Notes under the pieces: model-generated
The model's input: the letters and a program-made list of their open reading frames with translations, nothing else
The model's database searches: none
What the model was told of the DNA's origin: nothing
Translations under genes and position numbers: made by a program
Part shown: piece by piece, positions 1 to 13,697 of the stretch
Position numbering within the stretch: position 1 is the stretch's first letter
Layout of the letters: the number at the start of each line of letters is the position of its first letter
Assembly: GCA_964016885.1 (NCBI GenBank)
Contig: OZ024748.1
Span: forward strand, 36,828,001 to 36,892,000
Source: Eledone cirrhosa
Lineage: Eukaryota
Reading direction: 5' to 3'
DNA: 64,000 bases

Positions 1-1760
1 CCTCTCGGAACCGTTCCATACCGCGCGATCCATCCAGCAGGGATGCCCTCTCTCCTCCCTTCTGTACCTATTGACTCTCGAGCCACTACTGCGGAAGTTG
101 GAGCTATTGCATGGCATCTCTCTGGAACCGGGACTGCGGAAAGCGGCGTCGGCCTACGCTGACGACGTGACAGTAATGGTGTCGAGCACCTCGCAAATCG
201 AGGAAGTCGGCACCCTACTAAAGAAATACGAAAGATTCACAGGAGCGAAGCTGAACCGGGACAAGTCCATCGGTTTGCAACTCGGATCGTGGAGAGGCAG
301 ACCGATGCCTTCCGATGGCGTCGTCGGACGCTGGACGGAAGGACCGGTGAAGCTGCTCGGGGTCTAGTTTGGTCCGGACTTCAAGGTGGAGAAGAACTGG
401 AACGAGGTGACGGCCAAGGTGTTTGCACTCACCCAGAAGTGGTCCGAGTGCAAACTATCCTTGAAAGGTCGAGCGGAGGTGGCGAACACTTTTATAGCGT
501 CCGTCATCTACTACCGCTTGACCGTCGTGCTCACCAAAATGGAGCGCGCGTTCTTCCAATTCCTTTGGAAGAAGCGAGCGCCTTTGCTGAGAAGATCCAT
601 CTGCTGCCAACACCCTTCCAACTGAGGGCTGGGGATGGCGTGGCTGACGATGCGCAAACACGCGCTCAGGCTGCGGCACCTCCACGTATTTCTTATCGGA
701 CAACCGGCGTGGGCCCCGTTCGTGAGGCGAGCCTTGCCACGACTCGTCTCGCTGACGGAGCTTCAGTGCTGGGACAAGCAAAGACCGGGGAAAATGGACG
801 ACTGGCACATCGAATGTGCTCAGGCGCTCACAGCCCTCTGGCAGGCGGACCCGGCGATCAGTGGAGACTCCACTCCGTCATTCTATAGAGGGTTGGTTTG
901 CAGCAAGTGCGACGAGGCGCTCGGAGAAACTCTAGGCGTAGAGGAAGACGAACTGGCCAGTCTGTTCGGGAGGACCTTCCGTCCGGGACCGATGGACAAC
1001 TTCCAAAAGTCCCTGGCAGTGCTACCGAGGAGCTCTACCAGTTCGAGACAAGCTCTACAGACATTCGCGCTCGGGCAGGGACCCCTCGAAAAAGATCTGT
1101 CCGAGATGCCTGCAAGACGAAGAAACCGTCGCGTACGCATTTGTACACTGCCCGGGCGTTACCGACCTGTGGGGCTATGTAGAACGACTATTGTTGCGGG
1201 TGGGACCAATCCGGTTGACCACCGAGTCCATCGTCATGATCAAACCGCCACCCTCCTTCAAAAACGAAGAAGAGGTGGTTTTCCTTTGTGTGATTGCTAT
1301 GGCAAAAGAGGTTGTATGGTGGACGAGGTTAAAAGGGCTGAGGTCAGATACCTTTCTCTCCGGCCAACAACTGACTCTTTTTTTCAAATACCACTTTAGA
1401 AGAAGAGTCAGGATGGAGAGAGAGGTGCTGTACCCCAGCAAGTTTTATGAAAGGTGGGTGAAAGTGGCGAGAATGGCCTGAGTGAATGGGCCTTCTCTCT
1501 ATATCAGCCTGTAGGTTGAGCAAAAAGAGGAAGAGAGGAAAGGGGTACTCACTCTTCGTACTCCTGGAGATGAGGGTTGCTCATTTTATCGGGTGTATGT
1601 GTTACCCATATGTAATGTCTCCCCCTATTGGGGAAAATCGACTAATTTTTTAAATTGCATTTGTGATAATATTTTACACGTTTTTATTGTATGTAAACTT
1701 CCTCCTTTGTATTTGTCCCCTTCTTTTGTGCCCCTGTGGCTAATAAAGAAACATATCTAT
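1..1760 (+). mobile_element. Tx1/L1-clade LINE, 3' part (RT end, CCHC finger, 3'UTR), decayed
   Basis: QGCPLS and AYADD RT motifs, GLGMAWL, CPRC..ET; stops and frameshifts; ends CCCCTGTGGCTAATAAAGAAA then (TATC)n. Confidence 0.93.
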
Positions 1761-1764
1761 CTAT

Positions 1765-2055
1765 CACATTACACATACATAAAAACAACAAAGAACTGGT
1801 GGAAACTCTCCGAAAGGACCCCACAATCCAAACGGAAGGGAAAATTTTCCCCACCCCAAACCGTAAACTAATCAGGGTAACAACCATACAATACGAAACA
1901 ATAAAATGGAACTTCCCACATCATGTGGGCGCCCCTTGCCAAAATGCCAAAAAAACCTAAACCGTGTCCTGCTAAAAGGATGCCCCCCCCCCCCCAACAC
2001 CCCCAATCTGGACATCGAAATCGAACAACCCGACCTCCAGGGAACTAAAAGGTAA
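1765..2055 (+). mobile_element. Tx1 ORF1 C-terminal fragment
   Basis: KELVETLRKDPTIQTEGK..LIRV..VG.PC..EIEQPDLQGTKR* aligns with ORF1 ends at 5845-6105, 25170-25545 and 30324-30587. Confidence 0.8.
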
Positions 2056-2194
2056 GTGTTTTATCATTTGGTTTTATCAAAATGTTTTATCATTTGGTTT
2101 TATCATTTGGTTTTATCAAGTGTTTTATCAAAGGTAAGTGTCTTATCATTTGCAAAGCTGGGTACATCAGATGGTATATATATATACATATATA

Positions 2195-2546
2195 AGCGAT
2201 TAGAATAGAGTCCATTAGGTTTAGTAAGGCTTTAACAATAGAGAAAAATAGAGCAGAGGGAGAACTAGTTAGAAAATTAGACGAGGCGGTTAGTAAAGGC
2301 ATCGCGACCGACGTACTTGCGGCGAAATTGGCCCTTGACCAATTCTTCAATGCAAAGCACGAAGGCTGCGTTGTCAGAGCTAGGGTGCCTGCTCTCAGAC
2401 ACGAGGGGACGAAAGCCGTTCAATGGGCCCGAGTGGCGGAGGCGCGTCGTGGCAACAAAGTCACGATCTGGTCTTTGGTGAACCACGACGGGCGCATGCT
2501 ACTCGATCGCGGGCAAATGTGTGAAGCTTTTCAGCGACACTTCGCA
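2195..2546 (+). mobile_element. Tx1 ORF2 internal fragment (endonuclease-RT linker)
   Basis: ALDQFFNAKHEGCVVRAR..RRGNK matches 7120-7330. Confidence 0.85.
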
Positions 2547-3195
2547 GTGAGACCGAGGGAACCACTGTTGCTATAGAAACCTTCCACGTGCCACAAGAAA
2601 CCAGTTCCTGGCTGTTTCGTTCTGTCACCTGGCACCGCCTTACACACTTATTTGCCAGTATATAGAATATAGTTTATATAATATATAATATATTATAATA
2701 TATAGTGTATATTTTATATTATTTATAATATATATATTGTATATAAAGTATTTATTATAATATACACTATATATTTAAACATTATTTATAATATATATAA
2801 TATATATTATATTATAAATATAATGCTTCAGGCAGGAGCGGCTGGAAGACATGTTTGACGAATTAGCCACCACGTGACCCTTCTAGGAATAAGTTGGCAA
2901 ATTAGAAGAAGAAGAAAATATATAGTATATATATTATAATATACAATACACACTCACACACATATATATATATATATTATGGAATACTGTTGGCTTTTTG
3001 CTACAATATTTTCTATACCTTTCATTTATATATATATATATATATATATATAATTGAATATAAAAGAGAGATAAATACAGATATATACATATATGTCTTC
3101 AAATCGAATGGGACCAGATTCGCTAGAGTGAAAAATTACTAACTATGAACAATAGGGTTTGCCAGACTCAATTTAAAAATAAATCATATAAAATG

Positions 3196-3268
3196 AAGTA
3201 CCAGTAATATACTGGATATTTTGCTGGCCTTGTGCCAAAAGTAGAAACAATTATTATCATTATTATCT
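3196..3268 (+). mobile_element. tRNA-SINE 3' fragment with (ATT)n tail
   Basis: near-identical to the 3' end of the SINE at 3698-3905 (GCTGGCCTTGTGCCAAAAGTAGAAACAATTATT). Confidence 0.8.
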
Positions 3269-3693
3269 TCAAGTTTCACCTGGAAAGGAAGGTGAGGGTG
3301 GAGAGAGAAGTGCTGCCCCCCAATACATTTGCTAAAAGGTGGATGAATGTGGCGAGAATGGCTCGTGTGAATGGGCCTACTCTGACCATGCGCCTATAGG
3401 CTAGCTAACTTGAGGAGAGGGGGTGCTCTCCCTGGGTGCCCTAGAAGCGCAAGGTGGTTCAGGATTGGTGGGGTACCTGAGTCACTCCTGAGTCGTCCAC
3501 CCCTATCTCTGAATTTATTTTGTTATATTTATGCATAGTTTATTTTATATTTTTATATCTTCATCGTTAAATTAGTCTTGCCATTGTGCATTTTACTCGA
3601 CCTTATTGTAAACCCCCACTGTCCCTGTCTTTGTATTGTCCCCTACATGTCAGCCCTTGTGGCTAATAAATGAAATCATTATTATTATTATTA
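3269..3693 (+). mobile_element. 5'-truncated Tx1 LINE (ORF2 end plus 3'UTR) with (ATT)n tail
   Basis: highly similar to 9420-9835; ends CCCTTGTGGCTAATAAATGAAATC(ATT)n. Confidence 0.9.
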
Positions 3694-3697
3694 CTAA

Positions 3698-3905
3698 GGG
3701 CGGTGGATTGGCAGTATCGGTAAGGGTCGGACGCCATGCTTTGAAGCATAGAGTTACCTCCCTTTATGATCTGAGTTCAAATCCCGCCGAGGTTAACTTT
3801 GCCTTTCATCCTTACGGGGTCGATAAAATAAAGTACCAGTAATGCACTGGAATAATTGCTGGCCTTGTGCCAAAAGTAGAAACAATTATTATTATTATTA
3901 TTATT
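3698..3905 (+). mobile_element. full-length tRNA-derived SINE
   Basis: A-box TGGCAGTATCGG, B-box GAGTTCAAATCCC, (ATT)n tail; many related copies in the window. Confidence 0.88.
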
Positions 3906-4111
3906 GGTCTGTTCGGGCGTCTTTTTGGCTCGATCCCAGTAAGTCGCTTTATTTGCCTGTTAAAATTATTTGTTGTTAAATATTTCTTGTTGTGTAAGGG
4001 ATATAAGCCCTTCGACTTTGCTCTGTGAAGGGGAAAGTATAATATTTGGGCATTTTGGCCCAAATATTTGAACTCTTTTTACATGTTAAAAAATTTACGT
4101 AGAAAAAAAAC

Positions 4112-6105
4112 ATGGCTAAGCAACCTCCCCAGCGATATGTCTGCTGTCGTGCGACAACGACGTAGAAGTTGAGAGGAGCGCTACAGCGAAATTAACACAA
4201 ATTGATAACACAAACACCACCACAAACAATGTAAACAAAGACACCAATGATACCAATGAGAACTCTAATTTTGAAAAAAATGACAGTAACAGCGACAACG
4301 AAAATACAGATAACAAAAAAAATGACAAATGCAACAACAATATCAACACCACTAACATGAAAACAAATAGCGACAACACCAACAGCAACAATACCAACTG
4401 CACCGAGAACAACGGTGACAACAAAGACAACAATGATAACAGCGACAGTGCTAACAACAACACCAACAAGAACAACGACAACAAAACCCCCAACGAAACA
4501 AGAAGAACACTTTCGCTGCGGCAGCAGCAAAAAAGAGGCCATGCTTCAACATGGACCTCTCAAACAAAGATGAAAAGTTGGCCCAGGCATGGAAGCTCAT
4601 CAAGCAAGAGCAAACCTGGGCCAACTTAACTGTCCCGGTAGAAGCTATTGAGGCAGTGGAGTGCAGAACGGTGCATTATAGATGCATCTCAGCACAAACC
4701 AAAAGGGCAGCTTTATTCCCACAAGAAGATGTCGAAGTCGCGCTGAGGTGCATCAGAGAAGACACCGAATACATAGAGAGGGGCAGACAGTACGGCACCA
4801 TTTCGGTGTTGTTCAAGTCAGAAGCCCTCGCTATGAAACACGCTATGACTCCTTGCAAAACCAGCAAGGTCATAATGTACCCTCCCACATGGGATAAAGA
4901 ACGGCTCGTCTCTGCATTTCCAGAATTCCACCAGGACTTCACATGTGGTGGCTTCTGGGATGTGTGATTGTGGAGGGGACGGATACCGTCCCTATAGAAG
5001 TGACCAGAACGGCCAGAGAGGACTGCTCCGGGGTTGACCTGGAGATCCTTCTCCAGATCAGGCCCGAGAATGTGAAGACAATCCCGGACCACATCCGCCT
5101 TCAGAATGGGACAGTCATTCACATTATGACCGAAGGCAAAAGGCCGCAGTGTTTTGTTTGTGGGGAAAAAACCCATTTGCGAGCCTTCTACCCTCAACTG
5201 CCGAAAGAGGCAAGGGGTCGAAAGGCTCCACTGCTGCCGACGCCGGGGCGAGGACCACAACCAACACCAGCACCGGCAAAACCACCAACAACAACACCAA
5301 TAGAAAGACCACCACCAACATTGACCACTCAGGGGGGAAACGAGGAAAGCTGTCAAATTCCCCATCCCCCCAAAAATACACACACCAATAAAACCATAAA
5401 CATACATACAGACACACTTACAGACACAGACCCCTCATCTACCAGTAGTGAAGATGAGGGAAAACCCAAATCCCCCAAAATACAAAAAAGGAAACACTCA
5501 ACAAAGCACAAAATCACCCACAATAAAAAACGCAGACACCACCCACGCAAACATCTCCCCAATAACACCAACATCAACACCACCATCACCATCACCAGAA
5601 TCCCCCAAACGCAAACAACCTCAACAGACGCAAGAACAAATATACACACAGACATCTGAAACCACAACAAACACAGACACAACCGAAACAACAAACACAG
5701 ACACAACCGAAACAACAAACAGAGACACAACCGAAACAACACCACCAAAACCATCACCACCACAGCCACGCAAACAAATAAAATCACACCAACAAAATAT
5801 ACAAAACTTCGTGCCCTTCGTACAGGAGGGCCAACAAGGAACTGATGGCCCTCGTAGTACGAAGTGAAAATATACAAAAAGAGGGGGAAATTTTTAAATC
5901 GAGCACATTTCGCGTGCCGGAAGATTTGGTTCTGGTGCGAATGTCGATCGAATTATACAAAGAAATACGAGACAGCTTTCTTCAGGACGTGGGAACCCCG
6001 AACGTAAAACCAACTTCAAGACTTTTAAAGGGGTTCCCAAAAGAAACCCAACCAACTATGGAGGTCGAACAACCCGACCTTCACAAGAGCCCGGAAAGTA
6101 AGTAA
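4112..6105 (+). pseudogene. Tx1 ORF1 (Asn/Thr-rich N-term, RRM-like region, zinc knuckle, linker, conserved C-terminal domain), frameshifted
   Basis: ATG at 4112; RGRQYGTISVLFKS; CFVCGEKTH knuckle; pieces lie in several frames. Confidence 0.75.
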
Positions 6106-6137
6106 ACCTTTCCTCTCTCTCTTTTTAACCTGCCAAC

Positions 6138-9100
6138 ATGGCCGTATTAAGAGTAGGATGTTTAAATGTTCGAGGCCTGGGATCGTCCTGGAAGCAGGGT
6201 CACCTGCTCAATGACCTCAGGTCTCTAGAAATGGATGTAAGTGCCGTCAGCGAGACCAGGATTTCCGACACGCGCGCACTAGCCCCCATTTTCGACGACT
6301 ATCAGACCTTTGCATCTGTTTGCCGACCAGGAATGGGAGGCGGGGTGGCAGTACTGTTTAGGAAAGGCCTGGATCTCGAGGTAAGGTCGATCTTCCGGGA
6401 CCCTGACGGGAAGTTGGTGGTCCTGGACGTGAACAATAACGAAGGTGATGCCTTTAGACTGGTGACGCCTATGCTCCTACTGGGGCAGGACGGCCGGACT
6501 TTTTAGACGCCTGGAAGCCTTTCTGGGCACGTCTCGCCCTTTACTGTTAGCGGGGGACTGGAACAGAATCTTAGACAGACGCTGGGACTGTGTGGGAGTA
6601 TCAGTTAGGAGCGTGGGGTGCAAAAGCCTCAAGAACCTGATCAGCCAGTTCCAACTGTCTGACAGGTACCGACTAGATTTCCCTAATGCGCCAGTGTGGA
6701 CCTGGACTAACCACATAGGGTCATCTAGATCGTATATAGACAGGATATTCATTAGGAAAATAGACAGAAATAGTGTAAGCTGTCCACGTTTTGAAACAGT
6801 CGCCTATTCAGATCACAAGTTTGTGATCTGTATGGTCAACCTAGATAAGACGCGTAGGTTAGGACCTGGTTACTGGAAGCTAAACATGTCATTTCCGGCA
6901 CGTAAGGCTTACAGGGACCAGGTCAACAATTTAGTTCAGAAAAAGTTGACAGGGGGAGTCGTCAACAATAGATGGTGGGGGGCTCTCAAAAGAGAGATTA
7001 GAGTAATGTCGATAGAGTTTAGCAAAGAAGTAGCGTTAGAGAAAAATAGAAAGGAGGGGGAGTTGGTAGATAAGTTAGACGAGGCTATTGGTCTAGCTGA
7101 CGTGCTAGCGGCGAGAATGGCATTAGACCATTTCTTCAATGCGAAACACGAAGGTTGCATTGTCAGAGCTAAGGCGCGTGCTCTGAGAAACGAGGGAACC
7201 AAAGCTGTTCGATGGGCCCGCGTGGCAGAGGCGCAGCGTGGTAATAAAACCACAATTCGGTCTTTGACGGACCGAGACGGACACGAGCTGAGCGATTCCA
7301 AGCGGATGTGTGAGGCCTTTCGCCAACATTTTGTTCGATTGTTCGGGGGAAGTGGCGGGTCAGAGATGGTGGCGGACTTCAGTCCCTACCCCGATGGCTT
7401 GCCGCAACTCTCGACGGCTGACGCTGGGCGTTGCGAAAGGCCAATCACTTCAGCCGAGATTCAGGATGCCCTTGTCGGCTGCATGAGGCGCAAGTCACCC
7501 GGTTTGGATGGTCTGCCCTACGAGCTTTACGTAAATATGCCAGACTTGTTCTCCAATCTCCTCGAAGCCCTCTACTGCAACTGGCAGCAAAACGGGAGTA
7601 TTCCTAGTTCTGTGAGCCGGGGTGTAGTGACGCTGATAAGGAAAGACGAGAACAAGAGGGACACATTAGACAATTTCAGGCCCATAACACTGCTCAACAC
7701 AGAGTTTAAGATTTTGGCCAGGGTATAGCGAAGAGCTTGGCGCTTGTCGTCGGGGATTTGGTTGGGGAGGCGAAAACTTGCGCAATCCCAACCAGGTCCA
7801 TACACGACAACCTCCACCTAATGCAATACATCATAGAGAGGGTAGGGTGTAAACCTGGCTTCGGTGGGGCTCTGATCAATTTAGATCAATCGAAAGCATT
7901 CGATAGGGTCGACCATCGGAACCTGGAGGCTGTCCTCAAGGCGGCTGGCTTCGGCCCCGTCTTCAGAAGCTGGATCGCTGCAATGCACAGCGGCACCTGC
8001 TCGGTGGTCAAAATTAATGGCCACCTCTCGCAACCGTTTCAGGTCTCCCGATCGGTCCGTCAAGGGTGCCCTCTCTCCTCCCTTCTGTACGTATTGACTC
8101 TCGAGCCTTTACTGCGGAAGCTGGAGCTGGTGCAGGGCATCCCGCTCGAACCGGGACGCGGAAAGGCTGTGTCGGCTTATGCGGACGACATCACCGTGAT
8201 GGTATCGGACACCTCAGAAATCGAGGTGGTCGGCAACTTATTGGAGGAATATGAAAGGTTGACGGGAGCAAAACTTAACCCGGAAAAGTCGGTGGGCTTA
8301 CAACTCGGCACCTGGAGAGGAGGCAAGTCCATGCCGTCCAACAGCGTCATTAGGCGCTGGACGGACGGACCGGTAAAGTTGCTAGGGGTTTGGTTCGCGC
8401 CAGACCTCCAGGTGGATAAGAATTGGGACGAGGTGACGGGCAGGGTAGCCAGCCTCACCCAGAAATGGGCTGGGATGAAGCTATCACTGAAAGGTCGAGC
8501 GGAGGTGGCGAACGCGTACATCGCGTCCGTCATCTACTACCGTCTGACCGTCGTCCCTTGCCCCCGTTCGCGACTCGCCATCTTGGAGCGGCTCCTCTTC
8601 AAATTCTTGTGGAGGGGTCAGGTTCCGCTGGTGAGGCGGTCCATCTGCTGCAAGCACCCTCTACGTGGAGGGCTGGGCATGCCGTGGCTAATAATGCGCA
8701 GGCACGCGCTGAGGCTGCGGCATCTCCAGATATTCTGCCTAAACGGTGAACAGGTGTGGTCGCCGTTTGTCAGACGGGCCTTTCTGCAGCTCGTTTCTTT
8801 GACTGAGCTGCAGTCCTGGGTCAAGAAGAGACCGAGACTGGGTGACTGGCATCTGGAATGTTGCCAGGCACTCACTGCCCTCTACCAGGCGGGCAATGTG
8901 GTCAGTGGAACTTCCACTCTCGAGTTCTATAGAGGATTAGTGGTGGGCAAGTGCGACGACGCACTCGGAGAGGCTCTGGGAGTCAACGAAGTCGAACTAA
9001 CCAGTCTGTACCGGAGGACTTTCGAGCCGGGGACGATGGATAATTTCCAAAAATCCCTCGCTTGGCAGTGCTACAGGGGGGCACTGCCGGTTCGAGATAA

Positions 9101-9550
9101 ACTCTACAGGCACCGAAGTGCTGTCAGACGGACTTGCCCGAGATGCCCGCAGAGCGACGAAACCGTTCTGCACGCACTCGTCCAGTGTCCGTGCATTACT
9201 GACTTGTGGAGTTATGTTGAACAGCTGTTGTCGCGTGTAGAACGGATCCGGCTATCGGCCGAGTCCATAGTGAAGATCGACCCGCGGCCTTCTTTTGGCC
9301 AGGAAGGGCAGGCAATGTTCCTCTGTCTGGTGGCAGTAGCGAAAGAGGTTGTATGGTGGACGAGGTTGAAAGGACTGAAGACAGACACTTTTCTCTTCGG
9401 CCAATCCCTCATCAACTTTTTCAAGTTTCACTTGGAAAGGAAGGTGAGGGTGGAGAGAGAAGTGCTGCCCCCAGTACATTTGCTGAAAGGTGGCTGAATG
9501 TGGCGAGAATGGCTCGTGTGAGTGGGCCTACTCTGGTCATGCGGCTGTAG
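6138..9550 (+). pseudogene. Tx1 ORF2 (AP endonuclease, reverse transcriptase, CCHC), with frameshifts and a stop
   Basis: CLNVRG, SET, GGGVAVL, GDWN, IDRIF, SDH; KSPGLDG, FRPITLLN, DQSKAFDRV, RQGCPLS, YADD; CPRC..ETVLH. Confidence 0.93.
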
Positions 9551-9835
9551 GTAGGTACATTTGAGGAGGAGAGGGGTGACCTTCCAGGGTACTCTAGAAG
9601 CGTCGGGTCGTTCAGGATTGGTGGGGTACCTGAGCGAACCCTAGGTGGTCATCCCCCCTATTGGGGAATTTTTTCTTCTTGTAATTTTATTGTTACTTTA
9701 TTGTTACTTTGTTATTGTTATTCATATTGTTTACTCGATTTTTCTGTAAACCCCACTGTCCCAGTCTCTTGTATTGTGCCCTATATGTCGGCCCTTGTGG
9801 CCAATAAATGAAATCATTATTATTATTATTATTAT

Positions 9836-11036
9836 TTGAGTCTCAGTCATTGATGTTATTTAACTAGAAAGTTTGTTGAAATGAATATCAAGCCGCTATC
9901 TGCAGCCTCAGATAGTCATGCCTTTTGAAGTGTTCCAAAAGGTGGGGCTGGACTAATCTTCTTTAACCATCCTTGGAAACTCTTTGAGATAGTACCTAGT
10001 GCGCCTATGACAATCGGGACGACCTTGACGTCATGGCAGTTCCAAATCCTTTTTACCTCCCACTAGTAGTCCTGGTATCGGTTAATTTTCTCCCTCTCCT
10101 TTTCTTGCAGTCTCGTGTCAAATGGGCAGGCTACATCTACAATCAGGCACGATCTTTTTTCCTTATCCAAAACCACCAGGTCAGGCCTATTGTGTTCTAA
10201 TTTCTTGTCCGTCTGTATCCTAAAATCCCATAGCACCTTCACCTGATCGTTTTCTATCACTGACTCTGGCTTATGCTCATACCACTTCTCAGAATTTAGT
10301 AAACTGTTTACTTTGCATAGGTGCCAGTGGATCACCCTGCCCATCACATCATGTCTCCAGCCTTTATAGTGAGTCTGGGCTATGTGTTTACAATGTGAGC
10401 CACAGTCTCCTCTCTCTCTCCACAGATCCAACACAGTGAGCTAGCCTCCTCCTTGTAAATATGGTGTTTCACCCACTTCGTTCTGAGGGCCTGCTTTTGC
10501 GAAGCCATTAGCATTCCTTCTGTAGCCTTTTTAAGGTCTCCTCTTTTTAACCAGTTCCATGTCTGTGGATATCTAAATTCAGTTTTCTTAAAGAAGGTAC
10601 TATGAAGGGATTTTTCATGAAGGTTGCTCTTCCTCTTTGTTGTTATTTCCTCCTTGGACATCCCCTGGTCTATTGTCTTCTCCTTCAGTACAATTTTGAG
10701 CATTGGCTCCCTACTGTCAATCACGTATTTGTGCAGGTTGTTTTTCTCCATCTGAACACAGTCCTCTATGCTGATAAGACCTCTTCCACCTTCAAATATC
10801 CTTAAGTAGAGTCTATCGACATCAGTCCTCTTGTGGAACATGTTGTAGATAGTCAATAGCTTCCTAGTCTTTCTATCCATTTCTTTTTGTTCAGCAACAT
10901 TCCATTTCAGAATTCCCGCACTGTACCTAATAATAGACACAGCTCGGGAATTCACTGCACTTATGACATTCCTACTATTTAGATGTGATTTTAATACGCT
11001 CCTTACTCTCCTAATGTACTCAGATCTTATCAATTC
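9836..11036 (-). mobile_element. R4/Dong-clade non-LTR retrotransposon (restriction-like endonuclease), 5'-truncated
   Basis: GGRGL, CWICGEREETVAH, RHD, LWDFRIQTD..NRPDLVVLD..LIVDVACP..EK..Y, VVPIVIGALG; flanked by (TAA)n. Confidence 0.85.
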
Positions 11037-11071
11037 TTTATTATTATTATAATATATATGTATATATATAC

Positions 11072-13390
11072 GCTTTCTTTATTAACCACAAGGGTTTACA
11101 CAAAGTAAGACATTAAGAACAATACAGGACGTTACAAATGGGCATTTCCGCGTGTAAAAAAAAACAACAGAGGATGTAACAAAAAAGAAACAAGGAAAAA
11201 TTCCCCAATAGGGGGGAGACTTCCGAGGGACATTCGTTGAGAAAGCCCATTAAAAAGCCACGGTGTCCCTGACCACCAGGGCAAGTACCCTATCCCAGTT
11301 TTCCACCTTTAATTTACAGGCACATACTCAGAATATTCACTCGGGCCATTCTTGCCTCTCTCACCCATCTTTCAACAGAATGCTGGGAAGAGAGCACTTC
11401 CCTCTCTACCCTGATTTTCCTTTTCAAATGAAATTTGAAAAAGTTAATCAGGGCATCACCGAAGAGGTAAATGCTCATCTTCAGCCCTTTCAAATGCGTC
11501 CAGCATACTATCCCTTTCGCCATGGCCACCAAACAGATAAAAACTTCCTGCCCTTCCCGGCTAAAGGAAGAGGGCGGGGCAATCCTCACGATGGACTCAG
11601 CTGATAGCCGGATCCGTCCTACAAGCGACAACAGGTGTTCGACATAAACCCACAAGTCAGCAATGTTCGGACACTGGACGAGTGCGTGCAGGACGGTTTC
11701 GTCACCCTGCGCGCATCTTGGACATGCTCGGCTGACGGCACTTCCATGCCTGTAGAGTTTATCCCGAACTGGCAAAGCTCCTCGGTAGCACTGCCAGGCC
11801 AGGGATTTCTGGAAGTTGTCCATAGGCCCCGACCCGAAAGTTCTTCCGAAGAGATTGGCTAGTTGATTTTCGTCGACGCCTAGAGTTTCCCCAAGTACGT
11901 CGTCGCTCTTCCCCTCCACTAATCCTCTATAGAACGCCAAGGTGGAGTTTCCACCGATCACATTGCCCGACTGGTCGAGGGCTGTGAGCGCCTGAAGACA
12001 TTCCAATCTCCAAGCGTTCCCTCTCGGTCTTCGCTTGACCCAGGACTGCAGCACCGTCAAGGAGATGAGCTGGGGAAAGACGCGTCTAGCAAACGGCGAC
12101 CACACCTGATCACCGTCGAGGAAGAGGTGGAGATGTCGTAGCCTGAGCGCGTGTCTGCACATCATCAGCCATGGCATGCCCAGCCATTCAAGTAGCGGGT
12201 GTTGACAGCAGATGGACCGCCTGACCATCGGAGCGCGTCCTTTCCACAAAAAGCGAAAGAGAAAACGCTCCAGCGCAGTCAGGCGAGGCTTAGGACAAGG
12301 CACGACGGTCAGGCGGTAGCAGATGACGGTCGCGATGTACGCATTCGCCACATCCGCTCGACCTTTCAGGGATAGCTTCCTCTCTGCCCATTTCTGGGTG
12401 AGAGAAGCCACCCTGCTCGTCACCTCGTCCCAGTTTTTGTCCGTCTGGAGGTCCAGACCGAACCAGACCCCTAGCAAATTAACCAGTCCGTCCAGCGCTC
12501 GACGACACTGTTGGACGGTATGGAACTGCCTCTCCAGGTGCCGAGCTGCAGGGCCGCCGACTTTTCCTGGTTGATTATTGCTCCTGTCACCGCTTCCTAT
12601 TCTCTTAGTGTAGTGCCGATCGCCTCGATGTGTTTGGCGTTCGACACCACTACGGTGACATCATCCGCATATGCCTCAACGTCTCCAGTTTGTGCAGTAA
12701 TGGCTCGAGAGTCAATACGTACAAGAGGGACGAGAGGGGACATCCTTGGCAGACCGAGCGCATGATGTTGAACGGTTCCGAAAGGTGACCGTTCACACTC
12801 ACCACAGAGCAGATGTCGCTGTGCATGGCAGCGATCCAGCCTCTGAAGACGGGCCCAAAGCCAGCCGCCCTCAGGACTGCCGCCAGATAAAGATGGTCGA
12901 CCCTATCGAAAGCTTTCGACTGATCTAAATTGATCAAGTACCCACTCGTGCCAGGTTCCCTAGCTACCCTCTCCACGATGTATCGCATGAGGTGGAGGTT
13001 GTCGTGGATGGATCTGTCTGGAATGGCGCATGTCTGCGCCTCTCCCACCAGACCACCAACGACAAGCGCCAACCTCTTTGCTAGCACCTTGGCTAAAATC
13101 TTGAACTCTGTGTTTAACAGAGCTATGGGCCTGAAATTATCTATGTTACCCCCTATGTTCGGATCCTTTCTCAGCAGCGCCACCGCTCCTCGGCTCACAG
13201 AACTGGGAATTCTCCCGTTCTGTTGCCAGTTGCAGTAGACGTCCGCCAAGAGGCCTCCGAACAAGTCTGGCATCTGTACGTAAAGTTCATAGGGCAGACC
13301 ATCCAAACCAGGCGATTTACCTCTTGTGCAGCCAGTCATTGCCTCCCGTACTTCAGCGGCTGTTATCGGCTTTTCGCAACACTCTGAGTC
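11072..13390 (-). mobile_element. 5'-truncated Tx1 LINE (RT to 3'UTR)
   Basis: ORFs 12650-13486 and 11314-12477 homologous to ORF2; 3' end CCCTTGTGGTTAATAAAGAAA. Confidence 0.93.
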
Positions 13391-13426
13391 TGGAGAGGGG
13401 AAGGTAATATTTCTGTAACACCAACC

Positions 13427-13464
<38 letters not shown>

Positions 13465-13574
13465 TTCTCCCCCTTCCCCTTAACAAAGAAGTGGAAAGGG
13501 GAAGGTAATCTTACTATAAGGCATGTGATATCTCTCTCTATATGAGGTGGAGATCCGACCTCGAGCTCGGCCAG

Positions 13575-13641
13575 TTTCAGCTTCTAACCCAGCAGTGCCC
13601 CAACATGGCCGCAGTCAGTCGACTGAAACACGTAAAAGAAT
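13575..13641 (+). mobile_element. probable SINE 3' end
   Basis: CAGTGCCCCAACATGGCCGCAGTC..GACTGAAACACGTAAAAGA resembles an octopus SINE tail (recalled, not searched). Confidence 0.45.
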
Positions 13642-13661
13642 GTACACACACACACACACAC

Positions 13662-13697
<36 letters not shown>

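Larger units (their letters stand above)
3906..9835 (+). mobile_element. near full-length Tx1/L1-clade LINE (5'UTR, ORF1, ORF2, 3'UTR)
   Basis: complete ORF1 plus APE-RT-CCHC ORF2 architecture, flanked on both sides by (ATT)n. Confidence 0.95.

Noticed and set aside
3698-3790. tRNA gene
   Set aside because: A and B boxes are present but there is no cloverleaf; it continues into a SINE body and tail
4116-4542. Hydrophobic membrane-protein-like ORFs on the minus strand
   Set aside because: Antisense of the A/C-rich Tx1 ORF1 region
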